30,325 nt of DNA from a virus (IMGVR_UViG_3300030332_000935:1-30325), one strand, 5' to 3'; shown: positions 17,040 through 26,490, counted from the stretch's first letter. Notes: generated from the letters alone by a model not told the origin. Translations and numbers: made by a program.

Positions 17040-19348
17040 TAGTCGATGATTACTATGAAAATGGTGAGGAGCCCATCATATACTCACGATACCGTGACGA
17101 GGAAGGTAACCTCATCGAGCACACAGACAGGAGTTACAAACCATACTTCTGGGTGCCAAAGAACTCTCCAGACTTCCAGTTCAGGAGGGTCACCACTAGG
17201 TTCCCGACATGCAGAGTCATCTACGAGGAAGAAGCCACCGGCCTCGATGGTGCACCACTGGTGAAAGTAGAGGCTGCATCCCCCTTTGAGATTACAAGGA
17301 TGAGGGAGCAATTCAGCAGAACATACGAGGCTGATGTTAGATTCACAGACCGCTGGCTGATAGACAATGTCCAAGTCATGCCAGACTGGAAGCCACGAAA
17401 GTGGTGGTTCGACATAGAGTGTGACACTGGTGATGACCCATTCACCACGGTCATCGCTGTAATAGACAGCGACCTAGACATGCCAGTGGTCTTCGCTTGG
17501 GCTGACGAGCGCACGAATTGTCCTTGGACCGTCCCATATCCTTCCAGTTGGCCAATACGACAGGTGCGTGATGTATTGTATGAACTAAGGGTCTATAGTT
17601 CAGAGGGTGACCTCCACGAGGCCTTCGTATCATTCATGCGCGAGCGCGACCCCGACATGCTGATTGCACACGCAGGCTCATTCTTCGACATACCCCACCT
17701 CATCAACAGGATTCCATACCCTGAGCGAATGAGTCCAGTGGGGCAGGTCAGGAGATTCAGGAAGGGTAAGGACAGGTATGACCCAACAGACCAGCCCATT
17801 GTAGGTAGGTGGCAGTTCGATACTGCAGCCCAGGCCAGTAGTGGCACAGGATTCGAGCGAGTATGGAAGGACAGTGGGGGTGGTCAACTACCCTCTCTCA
17901 AACTCAACGACATAGCAGAGACGCTGGGGCTGGGTTCCAAACTCACCGAGGAGATAGAGGGTATGGATGTCCACAATGGGTGGTACGAATACTGGAGTGA
18001 GTTCGTGGACTACTGTCTGCTGGACACCCACCTCCTCAGAGGTATAGATGAGGCAAAGAATGTGACTGACTTCTACATACAGATGGTGAGGCTCTGCGGA
18101 GTCACTCTACCCTCAGCATGCAATGTGACTAACTTCGCTAGAGGTCTGCTCTCAAGGAGGACAGACAAGAAGGCCCCAACCAGAGTGAGGGGTGACAGTG
18201 GTTCACTCAAAGGTGCGGAAGTAGGACTGAATCTCGTTACTGGTTTGCATCAAGGCGTTGGAGTGTTTGACTACAAGGGATTGTATGCATCTCTCATTCT
18301 AGGCAACAACCTCTCTTATGAGACCAAGAGGGACGGTCCTGGTGAGAACATACTCCAACTCGATAACGGTACCTTCTGGGACCAGAGTGAACAGGGTTTG
18401 CTACCTAGTGTAGTAGAGTATCTGTTTGCCTATCGAGATGAATGCAAACTCAAGATGTTACACGCTGAAACCGAGGAGGAACGAGGTGCTTGGAACACCA
18501 CACAGATGGCGATTAAGAGGGTCATGGCCTCACTCTATGGCATGACTGCACATGGTGGCTATGGCTGGGCTGACCTAGACATAGCACACACCATCACCCA
18601 CGAGGGGAGGAGGTGCATCCACCTACTGGACCAAGTCACCACTAGCAATGGCTACGAGTGCCTCTATGGTCACACTGACTCGGCATTCATCAAGGTCCCC
18701 TACGAGGACGCTGAGATGCTGGCCGACAAAATCACGAGGGCTGTGCAGGAGGCCACTGGCAACAAGATGTTGTTCGCAGACTTGGAAGACTGGATGCCCT
18801 ATTGGCTACTGGTCAAGAAGAACAGATATGTCGGCAAGAAGATGAATGGTGAACTCAAGGTGGCTGGCTTCGAGATGAAAGCCTCCAATGCAGCACCCAT
18901 ATCCAAGAAGGTGCAGAAGGAGGTGTTCAACCTGGTATGTAGTGGAGCCAATGAGGGTGAGGTGGAAGCCTATGTCCGTCCGATAGCCATGTCCATACGC
19001 GAGGGTGAAGTCCCTCTCAAGGAGGTGACCTTGACCACTAGGTTAGGGATGGCACTCCGAGACTACAAGGTGCTAGGCGGTGCTGCCAAAGCAGCAACAA
19101 ACTACAATGACGATTCTAAGGGGCCCATATTTGGGAAGGGGGACTCAGTTCCCTGGACCTATGTGCAGGGCATTCCCAACATCATAGCCTACCGAGAACC
19201 CTCTGAGTTAGAGGGGTATGTGCTAGATTCAGATGTGATTCTCCAGAAAATGCTAAAGGCCAAGTTGGACAGTGTGTATACTACCCTTGGCTGGGACATC
19301 GACGGTGCTCTCGGAGCACCTCGTCCTAAGGCGTATGGATGGTGGTAA
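17036..19348 (+). CDS. polB: Family B DNA polymerase
   Basis: ExoI FDIE, ExoII FFDIP, ExoIII YCLLD; polymerase motifs DYKGLY, KRVMASLYG, YGHTDS and KKNRY. Confidence 0.95.
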   Translation: MIVDDYYENGEEPIIYSRYRDEEGNLIEHTDRSYKPYFWVPKNSPDFQFRRVTTRFPTCRVIYEEEATGLDGAPLVKVEAASPFEITRMREQFSRTYEADVRFTDRWLIDNVQVMPDWKPRKWWFDIECDTGDDPFTTVIAVIDSDLDMPVVFAWADERTNCPWTVPYPSSWPIRQVRDVLYELRVYSSEGDLHEAFVSFMRERDPDMLIAHAGSFFDIPHLINRIPYPERMSPVGQVRRFRKGKDRYDPTDQPIVGRWQFDTAAQASSGTGFERVWKDSGGGQLPSLKLNDIAETLGLGSKLTEEIEGMDVHNGWYEYWSEFVDYCLLDTHLLRGIDEAKNVTDFYIQMVRLCGVTLPSACNVTNFARGLLSRRTDKKAPTRVRGDSGSLKGAEVGLNLVTGLHQGVGVFDYKGLYASLILGNNLSYETKRDGPGENILQLDNGTFWDQSEQGLLPSVVEYLFAYRDECKLKMLHAETEEERGAWNTTQMAIKRVMASLYGMTAHGGYGWADLDIAHTITHEGRRCIHLLDQVTTSNGYECLYGHTDSAFIKVPYEDAEMLADKITRAVQEATGNKMLFADLEDWMPYWLLVKKNRYVGKKMNGELKVAGFEMKASNAAPISKKVQKEVFNLVCSGANEGEVEAYVRPIAMSIREGEVPLKEVTLTTRLGMALRDYKVLGGAAKAATNYNDDSKGPIFGKGDSVPWTYVQGIPNIIAYREPSELEGYVLDSDVILQKMLKAKLDSVYTTLGWDIDGALGAPRPKAYGWW

Positions 19349-19352
19349 GAAA

Positions 19353-19448
19353 ATGACAGAAGAAAAGAGAGTAACAGAAGAGAATAGCAGACAGACAACG
19401 CTGGAGGAGTTTGGCTTTGAGTGCCGTCGAAGACGCAGTGTGCGGTAA
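19353..19448 (+). CDS. PIP-box micropeptide (31 aa, not in track)
   Basis: MTEEKRVTEENSRQTTLEEFGFECRRRRSVR*; ATG starts 5 nt after the polB stop. Confidence 0.55.
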   Translation: MTEEKRVTEENSRQTTLEEFGFECRRRRSVR

Positions 19449-19599
19449 GATACAGGGGCGAGCCTCAGTAGGCTTGAACAAGTACGGTACTACCATGGAG
19501 AGGGAGGACTTCTCCAAGTTAGACTGGCTCATCTACGCACAAGAGGAAGCGATGGACCTAGTGGTCTACCTTGAGAAACTCATCCAGTTGGAGGGATAG
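19417..19599 (+). CDS. MazG-like all-alpha NTP pyrophosphohydrolase-family protein
   Basis: R..VG..KYG.TM.R.D….WL..AQEEAMD..VY; TTG start after GGAGGAG. Confidence 0.6.
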   Translation: MSAVEDAVCGKIQGRASVGLNKYGTTMEREDFSKLDWLIYAQEEAMDLVVYLEKLIQLEG

Positions 19600-19601
19600 T
19601 A

Positions 19602-20519
19602 GTGGTCGCCCTACCTCTCATCTACGAGGATGAGTCCTCGTATGCCTGGACCCCCGAAATGGGGGAGGAAGGAGTAATCATACGCATCAGTAAGAGCACC
19701 CTCGCTAACACCAAGTGGTGTGCTCAGCAACTATGGCTCTCCAAGACACACGATGTGCCTCAAGAGCCACACTCCTATCTCATCGTAGGTACTGATGTCC
19801 ACAACACAGTGGAGGAGTTCTACAAGCGTGTAGAGCCTGAGTCCTTGATGGACTTGAGGAAGGCAGTGCTGGAAGGGAAGAACAGATTGGTCCTTGACGC
19901 ATTCAGAGGATGGCTCCCTTCAGAAGAGGAAGTGGTTGAGATGAGGAGAGGGAGCGACAAAGACGAGCCATTCTATGAGCGTGACTACGAACTCAATGTG
20001 GAGTGGCTGATGCGTAATGAGATGCAACGCCTAGCAGTCACCGACGACCAACTGTTCTTACCTGTAGCAAACGAGGTGAAACTTTCACCCAAAGCCACCT
20101 TCCACATAGATGGTGAAGAGGTGAAGGTACAACTGGTTGGGATAATAGACAGGGTGTTCCAAGACGAAGGCGGACTGGGTCTCATGGAGTTGAAGACTGG
20201 GAAGTGGAAGAAGTATAAGTTGGCAGACATGAGAATGGAAATGTCCTACTACAAGATGCTCATTGAACTGTCTCCGATGGAAGAACTAAAGGCCCTAGGA
20301 TTAGGTGACTTACCAGTGACCCATTGGGGTTGGCGTTACAGTTCTGCGGGGTTGTTAGATTATGAGAAGACTCTCAAGGTCAGTGAGAGGGCCATGCAAC
20401 ACAGGCTCACCAAACTCATCAAGATGTATCTCAACCAAGACTTCCCCGTCACCAAGGATGATTTCAAGTGCTCGTACTGTGACTACATGGACCTGTGCCC
20501 TAAGTTCAAGGTGAATTAG
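19602..20519 (+). CDS. Cas4/AddB-like PD-(D/E)xK exonuclease with Fe-S cysteines
   Basis: N-terminal WC, GTDVH, GIIDRV, ELKTG, EMSYY and C-terminal CSYCDYMDLC. Confidence 0.88.
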   Translation: MVALPLIYEDESSYAWTPEMGEEGVIIRISKSTLANTKWCAQQLWLSKTHDVPQEPHSYLIVGTDVHNTVEEFYKRVEPESLMDLRKAVLEGKNRLVLDAFRGWLPSEEEVVEMRRGSDKDEPFYERDYELNVEWLMRNEMQRLAVTDDQLFLPVANEVKLSPKATFHIDGEEVKVQLVGIIDRVFQDEGGLGLMELKTGKWKKYKLADMRMEMSYYKMLIELSPMEELKALGLGDLPVTHWGWRYSSAGLLDYEKTLKVSERAMQHRLTKLIKMYLNQDFPVTKDDFKCSYCDYMDLCPKFKVN

Positions 20520-20834
20520 ATGGACCCGATTGACCTCTACAATCGTGCGTTACATAGAGACACCCTACTAGAGGCGTATCGTCTGCTGTTGCAAGAGGCG
20601 TTGAGAATTGAAAGTGATAGCCAGGATATCTATGTCCATTATGGGGCCCCTCCGGAGGATAACATCGTAGACCCGATACCTGTAGAGGATTGGGAAGGGC
20701 GTGGTTCTACCTTGGATATCACCATCACATCCGAGTTCATATCGAGCCCCGAGACTGTTCTCCTAGTGTATCAGAAGTGTCGAGAAGCCATGAGTGAGTT
20801 CAATTGGGGGAGAGTTGATGAACACAGTCCTTGA
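20520..20834 (+). CDS. Hypothetical protein
   Basis: Coupled ORF within the operon. Confidence 0.65.
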   Translation: MDPIDLYNRALHRDTLLEAYRLLLQEALRIESDSQDIYVHYGAPPEDNIVDPIPVEDWEGRGSTLDITITSEFISSPETVLLVYQKCREAMSEFNWGRVDEHSP

Positions 20835-21891
20835 GTTCGACTTCCCTCGTGAGGTGGGGCTGTTCCGTAAGGTGGTTCACACCCCCGAGGAACTGGAACA
20901 ATACTGGACCTCGCTTAGGAACAGTCAGTGTGCCTACACCAGTGTGTATGGATACAGGGCAGTCAAGCCCAGTGGTAAGCGTGCTGAATATAACACTGCA
21001 ATAGTGAGAAACTTTGTGCTGGACTTCGACAAGAAGGAGAGGAAGGGGAGCATGGTACTCGATGTGGATGGGGACAGAGTGATGGAACAGGTACGCAGAC
21101 TACACCAAGTTCTGATGGACAAGGACATCTGCCATGCTGTGTGGTTCAGTGGGAATGGATTCCACATCTGGATTCAACTCTCCAAGACTCACCGACCTGC
21201 GACTGGTAGTGAGGTGTCTCTCATCAAGGCTGCTGGGAAGAAGGTCATCAATGACTGGAAGGACAGCCTAAACCTCACATGCATGGACCCCACCGTACCC
21301 TTCGACATGGCTAGGCTCATCCGAATCCCCAATTCCTACAATGCCAAGCAGCATGTGGGAAGGTGGAGCATCCCTCTCAGGAGTGCAGAGGTACTCAAGT
21401 GGTCGTGGGATGATGTGTGTGAGAGAGCAGAAGCACACCGTAAAGGTCACTTCACCTACGGGAATAACGGGATAGACCTACCTCTCGAGCATGTGAGGAA
21501 GACCCGCTTCGATACATCGGGCCCAGCATTACAATTCGAGACACTAGAGATGGAAGGGGTGAGGATTCTTCCCTGTCTAGTGGAAGCAGCCTGTCAGGTG
21601 GGGAGTAATCCACCGCACGACGCTCGTAAATCTCTAGTGATTTACCTAGCATCCAGGCTCAGGAACTTTCTACCTGTAGAACGAACAACACAGGAGATGC
21701 GTGAAGCCCACGCCGAATCCATATCAAGATACATAGCCACCCTTCAATGGGCTGACTACGATGAAAATGTGACTCGCTACCATGTTAGAAGTATAGTGGA
21801 CAAGGGATACCAACAACACTGTGCTTCTCTCGAGGCTGGCGGACTATGCCTCGGGAGGTGCCAGTTATGGGACGGGACAGGAAATCTGTAA
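20818..21891 (+). CDS. Archaeo-eukaryotic primase, PriS fused to a PriL-like Fe-S C-terminal domain
   Basis: LDFD, SGNGFH, D..RLIRIPNSYN.K; followed by LPC…H.AR…C……GLC…C. Confidence 0.88.
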   Translation: MNTVLEFDFPREVGLFRKVVHTPEELEQYWTSLRNSQCAYTSVYGYRAVKPSGKRAEYNTAIVRNFVLDFDKKERKGSMVLDVDGDRVMEQVRRLHQVLMDKDICHAVWFSGNGFHIWIQLSKTHRPATGSEVSLIKAAGKKVINDWKDSLNLTCMDPTVPFDMARLIRIPNSYNAKQHVGRWSIPLRSAEVLKWSWDDVCERAEAHRKGHFTYGNNGIDLPLEHVRKTRFDTSGPALQFETLEMEGVRILPCLVEAACQVGSNPPHDARKSLVIYLASRLRNFLPVERTTQEMREAHAESISRYIATLQWADYDENVTRYHVRSIVDKGYQQHCASLEAGGLCLGRCQLWDGTGNL

Positions 21892-22592
21892 GACCATTAG
21901 TGATAGACACCAACGAGCGTGGTCCCCTGTTCGATGCAGTGGAACGCAGGGCTCACAAGAAAAGCCCACCCCTCTCCATAGTTAGGGAACACCTAGTTGT
22001 TGGGGACTACAAGTGTGGGGAGTGGTACATCGAAGCCAAGAGTGTGGGGGACTTCCTAGAATCACTTAGGAGTGGTCACCTAATGAGACAACTAGACAAT
22101 CTCGACGCTAATGTGGACATGTATGGTGTAGTAGTATGGGGTGCAGTAGCAGACTACATCAAACAAGCCCAGGCAAGAGGAGGCTCCATCAATTTCAGTG
22201 CTGCAACAAAGCAGGTAGCAGGAGGCTTGGCCCGCGTCGCTGCAGACTTCGGGTGTCTAGTATACCGTGCACCCAATCTGATGGAGGCATCACACTTCCT
22301 AGTGGGTCTACATGAGAAGACCTACAAGAGTGCCAGCAGACACGGTGCACAGGCTATCCGTAGGGTGTCTAGCAACGATGTCAGGGTGGACATGCTCCGT
22401 ACCATCCCAGGTATAGGGGATGAGATGGTGGATAAGATTCTAGACGCCTGTGGTAGCCTAGAGGAGGCTGCTTGTGGTGACTGTCTCAGGGGAGTACCAC
22501 GCATGGGTAAGATACTCAGGGCTAGGGTTCTCGAGGCTTTGACCAGTGAAGAGCCAGTTCTCATCGAGCGTCGTCGTTCTCAAGATTCTTAG
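21867..22592 (+). CDS. ERCC4/XPF/Mus81 (Hef-like) structure-specific nuclease with HhH
   Basis: VIDTNE, GDY, IEAKSVGDF..SL..G.L..QL; HhH motifs IPGIG and VPRMG. Confidence 0.87.
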   Translation: MGRDRKSVRPLVIDTNERGPLFDAVERRAHKKSPPLSIVREHLVVGDYKCGEWYIEAKSVGDFLESLRSGHLMRQLDNLDANVDMYGVVVWGAVADYIKQAQARGGSINFSAATKQVAGGLARVAADFGCLVYRAPNLMEASHFLVGLHEKTYKSASRHGAQAIRRVSSNDVRVDMLRTIPGIGDEMVDKILDACGSLEEAACGDCLRGVPRMGKILRARVLEALTSEEPVLIERRRSQDS

Positions 22593-22612
22593 CATTCCTC
22601 TTTATTGATAGG

Positions 22613-22626
22613 CGCATCCATTATAG
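22613..22626 (+). promoter_or_regulatory. Putative TATA box for the helicase-chaperonin unit
   Basis: TTATAG at 22621, 30 nt before ATG 22651, in a 58-nt intergenic gap; no SD. Confidence 0.45.
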
Positions 22627-22650
22627 GCTAGTTACAACGCCGACTAATCT

Positions 22651-24117
22651 ATGGCGAGAAGAAGATGGACACAGTACAGCGCAGTCAAGCGCTACCCAAT
22701 ACTAGTAGATTACATTGAGAGGTTCAACAAGACCTCTTTCTTCAACGAGTTACCAGGCTTGCTGTCCTTCTTCTACCTGCAGGGGCAGGCAGTGGTGGAC
22801 TATGTCCGAATACCTGTGTGGGCATCGTTCCTTGACCCTAGATTTCATGTGTTTTGGATTCAACCTACCCGCTCTGGGAAGTCCATCTCTTGGGAGTTCA
22901 TCGGTGAGGTAGCAAAGCACGCCAACCTCGATGCAGACATCTTCACCTCCGGCACAGACGCTGGACTCATAGGTTCCTTCAAGCAATTCAAGGATGAGAA
23001 TGGGGACTACTACACTGAGGAAGTCCCTGGCCTGCTCAACGGTAAGAAACTGTTGAACTTCGATGAGGGTAGTGTCCTCCTACAACCTAATCCAAAGCAG
23101 TTCTTCCAAGAGGTCATCATCTACCTACAGCAGTCAATGAACCCTGTTGGGAGCCACAGTAACACACTCACTAAACACATGAAGGACGGGAAGATTGAGA
23201 CTGAGTCCCGAACATCACACTGGATTACCACCTTCCCGCCCGCGGGTGTGAAGGAGTATGTCTTGACCAAGGGTCTGTTCCAGCGTGTGCTACTGCTGTT
23301 CTGCCATTGGAACAACGACATGAGAATGGCAGTGTCCAAGCGGAGGATGCAAGGCTTGTGGTCTGATGAGATGCAAGGTGTGAAGACCACTGAGGACCTG
23401 TCTCGGCACTTCAGAGAAGTAGAGGCAATGGTAAGAGAGCATCTGTTCGCCTCATCACCCCATGTAGACGCTGTGATGTGGGAGGACCTAAATGAGAACA
23501 TCAAGGAGGAGAGGCAAGAGCGAGAGCGTATCGTGAGAGCCTCTGCTTTGGACATGTTCCAAAAGAGCAGGGACTTCGACCCAGCGGTGGACTCTGCAAT
23601 CGAGGAGTTCTACAGACTGGTGAGTGGGATGGATGACCAACTGAGTGATGTTGTGCTGTCCTTCATGCCCAACATCGAGAACTATCTCAATATCATGGCT
23701 ACACATCTTCTCCTCATTGAGATGAATGAGAACAAGAAGGAAGGTCCATATGACCCATCCGATGCGTGGATTATCACGGGTGACCACATAGATATGGCTA
23801 TGGAGATACTCTACGATACCTATGAACGACTCATTGTGTGGCTCGAGAGCGACCTAGAACTGGGTGCTGCTAAGGCTGAGAAGATAGCCAAGACAGATGC
23901 TTGGACCAAAGCACTGGAAGCCTGCAAAGATTATGACCTTGGCGACCATCGTGGTGACGGATGGAAACTCAAGAAGGATGTCCTCAAGGCCTACGGGAGG
24001 CTACAAGACCGCAGCAAACCTGTAGTCTACAAGCACTACGACATGATGAAGGGTTCGTTCAAGGAAACCAAGGTGTCTGGTACTCCGTATGTGATATGGA
24101 AGGGTGATGGGTTATGA
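22651..24117 (+). CDS. Divergent MCM-like AAA+ replicative helicase
   Basis: QPTRSGKS (Walker A), SGTDAGLIG, GLL…LNFDEG (Walker B), GLFQRV (Arg finger) and a probable C-terminal wHTH. Confidence 0.72.
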   Translation: MARRRWTQYSAVKRYPILVDYIERFNKTSFFNELPGLLSFFYLQGQAVVDYVRIPVWASFLDPRFHVFWIQPTRSGKSISWEFIGEVAKHANLDADIFTSGTDAGLIGSFKQFKDENGDYYTEEVPGLLNGKKLLNFDEGSVLLQPNPKQFFQEVIIYLQQSMNPVGSHSNTLTKHMKDGKIETESRTSHWITTFPPAGVKEYVLTKGLFQRVLLLFCHWNNDMRMAVSKRRMQGLWSDEMQGVKTTEDLSRHFREVEAMVREHLFASSPHVDAVMWEDLNENIKEERQERERIVRASALDMFQKSRDFDPAVDSAIEEFYRLVSGMDDQLSDVVLSFMPNIENYLNIMATHLLLIEMNENKKEGPYDPSDAWIITGDHIDMAMEILYDTYERLIVWLESDLELGAAKAEKIAKTDAWTKALEACKDYDLGDHRGDGWKLKKDVLKAYGRLQDRSKPVVYKHYDMMKGSFKETKVSGTPYVIWKGDGL

Positions 24118-24710
24118 GTAAGGTCATGGCACTAGATATCGAGACATCCAACTACTCCTGGCAAATAGGGGGCTGGGATAATACGCACCTGTTCGACCCT
24201 ACCGTGGTTGCTACATGGGATGGTGACAAAGGTCATGTGTTCTCCAAAGAGGACATAGAACTAGAGGGGTCTACTGTCCATCCACTACACCCTAGGGACC
24301 TAGGTGAACACCTACAGAAACATGTGGAGGGTGGAGGCATGGTCATAGGTCACAACCTGATGGGATTCGACCTACCAGTGCTTAGAGATGCTCTAGACTG
24401 CCACTATGCAGGAGAACTGATGGCTAAGAACAAGGAGTGTGTCATAGATACCTCAGCCATCCTTCGCTCTGGTGGTACACCAGTGTCCCTCGGAGATGTC
24501 TGCAAACACACACTAGGCAGTGAGAAACTGATGGAGAGTGCAGATGCTCCCAAGGCTTGGGAGGAAGGACGCTACCAAGAGGTGGCAGAGTATTGTCTCA
24601 AGGATGCTCAATTAGTCTACGACCTACTATACTATGGTAGAGATGAGGGCTTTGTCAAGGCCCGCAATGCTGAGACTGGTATCGTGGATGATATTGAGGT
24701 GGTGTGGTAA
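24114..24710 (+). CDS. DEDD/RNase H-like 3'-5' exonuclease (YprB/PolB-exo-like)
   Basis: LDIET, GHNLMGFD and YCLKD. Confidence 0.87.
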   Translation: MSKVMALDIETSNYSWQIGGWDNTHLFDPTVVATWDGDKGHVFSKEDIELEGSTVHPLHPRDLGEHLQKHVEGGGMVIGHNLMGFDLPVLRDALDCHYAGELMAKNKECVIDTSAILRSGGTPVSLGDVCKHTLGSEKLMESADAPKAWEEGRYQEVAEYCLKDAQLVYDLLYYGRDEGFVKARNAETGIVDDIEVVW

Positions 24711-24829
24711 TGGAACTCATTGAGGACGCACCCAACTCCTTCTTCAAGGAGTTCTATCTTACCATGTGTGACTACTACAAGATAGACCCCGACGCACTAT
24801 TCCTATCCCTAACGGAGGAAATACAATGA
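24710..24829 (+). CDS. Hypothetical micropeptide (39 aa, not in track)
   Basis: MELIEDAPNSFFKEF…LTEEIQ*; TAATG and ATGA overlaps. Confidence 0.65.
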   Translation: MELIEDAPNSFFKEFYLTMCDYYKIDPDALFLSLTEEIQ

Positions 24830-26337
24830 GTGAAAAGACACAACAAAGCGGAAGAGAGGCACAGATGAGCAACATCAAGGCGGCTATGAACATAGCCGAG
24901 ACCGTTAGGTCGACCCTTGGACCGGCAGGCATGGACAAGATGCTGACCAACGGTAACCACAACATCGTCACCAACGATGGTGTGACTATCCTAAGGGAAC
25001 TGGACACGGCACACCCCGGTGCGCTGATGATGATAGAGGCCAGCAAGACACAGGAGGCTGTCTGTAAGGATGGGACCACCAGTGTGGTGGTGCTGGCTGG
25101 ACAGATGCTAGCCCTCAGTGAGGGGTTGTTACTGAGAGGCATCCACCCCCGAGTCATACTCAGGTCATTCGACAGGGGTAAGCAGATTGCTCTCAAGAAC
25201 CTACACCCAGTCGAGATAGATGTACTGGACGCAGCCAAGACTGCCATGCGTGGCAAGGCTGCTGAAAGTGAACTCGATTATGCCGCTACGCTTTGCTTCA
25301 AAGCAGCAGAGAAGGCAGGAGGTGACCTTGAGAGAATCACAGTGGTGACTCAGGCTGGAGGCTCCCTCAAGGATTCGTATGTGCAGGACGGTTTGGTTCT
25401 GAACAAGGAGTTCGCTAATGATGTGGGGGATATCAAGGAGGTCTTAGGTGAGGTCTGTGTGGTCCTCATAAACGGGGGACTGGATGGCTATGATATAGAC
25501 CAAATACAGGTTGAGAACATGGGTCAACTCCAGGCTCTCAAGCAACAGGAACTCGAGATGCTCAGTGAACTAGCGGCCATGGTCGCTGGTGCTACTGGCC
25601 CCAATGGTGTAGTGTTCGTTAGGGACTCAGTCCACGAGGCTGTGGCCCACTACCTAGGGCAGAACGGCATCCCACTCATCACTAGACTACAACAGAGCGA
25701 CATGGAAGCACTGTCTAGACTGTTCCATGTCCCAATCTATCACAGAGTAGGGGACATCACAGACCCCATTGACCCCATTGATATCACAGTGAAGGAGGAG
25801 AGGATTGGTGACTTAGATTTCGTTACTGTCTCTGGGCCAGGAGAGGCTACAACTTTGGTAGTCAGAGGTGCAACTCGTCAGACTCTAGATGAATACGAGA
25901 GGGCATTCGATGACGCTGTAGGTGTGACCTGTCTCAGTATGAAGGACGGTAACAGAGGCTTCCCAGGTGGTGGTGCAGCGTTCTCTGCTGCCTCCATGGC
26001 AGTGAGGACCACCGCCGCTAAGCAGGCTAACATGAGTGCTCGAGAGCGCATGTGTATGGAAGCATACGCTGACGCACTAGAGATAATCCCTGCAGCAATA
26101 GCGAACAACGCTGGCATGGACCCCCTAGATGTGGTCATGGAACTAAGGTCAGCAGAGCAGGGTATCGGTCTCTACATAGACGATGACGGTGTGGGTAAGA
26201 TTTGCAACACACTAGAGAAGGGAATCGTAGAGCCTGAATCCCTGGTGAAGCAAGTGATTAGCAGTGCCACGGAAGTGGGCACCTCAGTCCTCAGAATCGA
26301 CGACATCATAGCGATGAGGGGCGGGGAAGATGCATGA
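24826..26337 (+). CDS. ths: Group II chaperonin (thermosome subunit)
   Basis: STLGPAGMDKML, TNDGVTIL, DGTTS, PGGGA, NNAGMDP and LRIDDII. Confidence 0.95.
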   Translation: MSEKTQQSGREAQMSNIKAAMNIAETVRSTLGPAGMDKMLTNGNHNIVTNDGVTILRELDTAHPGALMMIEASKTQEAVCKDGTTSVVVLAGQMLALSEGLLLRGIHPRVILRSFDRGKQIALKNLHPVEIDVLDAAKTAMRGKAAESELDYAATLCFKAAEKAGGDLERITVVTQAGGSLKDSYVQDGLVLNKEFANDVGDIKEVLGEVCVVLINGGLDGYDIDQIQVENMGQLQALKQQELEMLSELAAMVAGATGPNGVVFVRDSVHEAVAHYLGQNGIPLITRLQQSDMEALSRLFHVPIYHRVGDITDPIDPIDITVKEERIGDLDFVTVSGPGEATTLVVRGATRQTLDEYERAFDDAVGVTCLSMKDGNRGFPGGGAAFSAASMAVRTTAAKQANMSARERMCMEAYADALEIIPAAIANNAGMDPLDVVMELRSAEQGIGLYIDDDGVGKICNTLEKGIVEPESLVKQVISSATEVGTSVLRIDDIIAMRGGEDA

Positions 26338-26482
26338 TGAGTGGTTCTTCACCATCCGTGGCTTACTCCTAGTCTTCTGCTGCCTACTACCACTAGGCAT
26401 GACTATGGTTTGGTGGTGTTTTCTCTTTTTCAATAGTGGGGTAAGTTATGCTTTGAACCTACCCAAACATGAAGAAGAGTGA
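26330..26482 (+). CDS. Small membrane protein (50 aa, not in track)
   Basis: MHDEWFFTIRGLLLVFCCLLPLGMTMVWW…HEEE*. Confidence 0.55.
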   Translation: MHDEWFFTIRGLLLVFCCLLPLGMTMVWWCFLFFNSGVSYALNLPKHEEE

Positions 26483-26490
26483 TAAACCGC

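Noticed and set aside
17036-19348. Intein in, or inactivation of, PolB
   Set aside because: Length is normal, no splice motifs are visible, and the catalytic aspartates are retained.
19602-20519. Cas4 as part of a CRISPR-Cas system
   Set aside because: No cas1/cas2 or array is present; solo Cas4-like nucleases are common in archaeal virus replication modules.
24759-26138. Antisense ORFs over the chaperonin, and similar minus-strand ORFs throughout 1-26300
   Set aside because: These are shadow frames of well-supported plus-strand genes, with no motifs or RBS.
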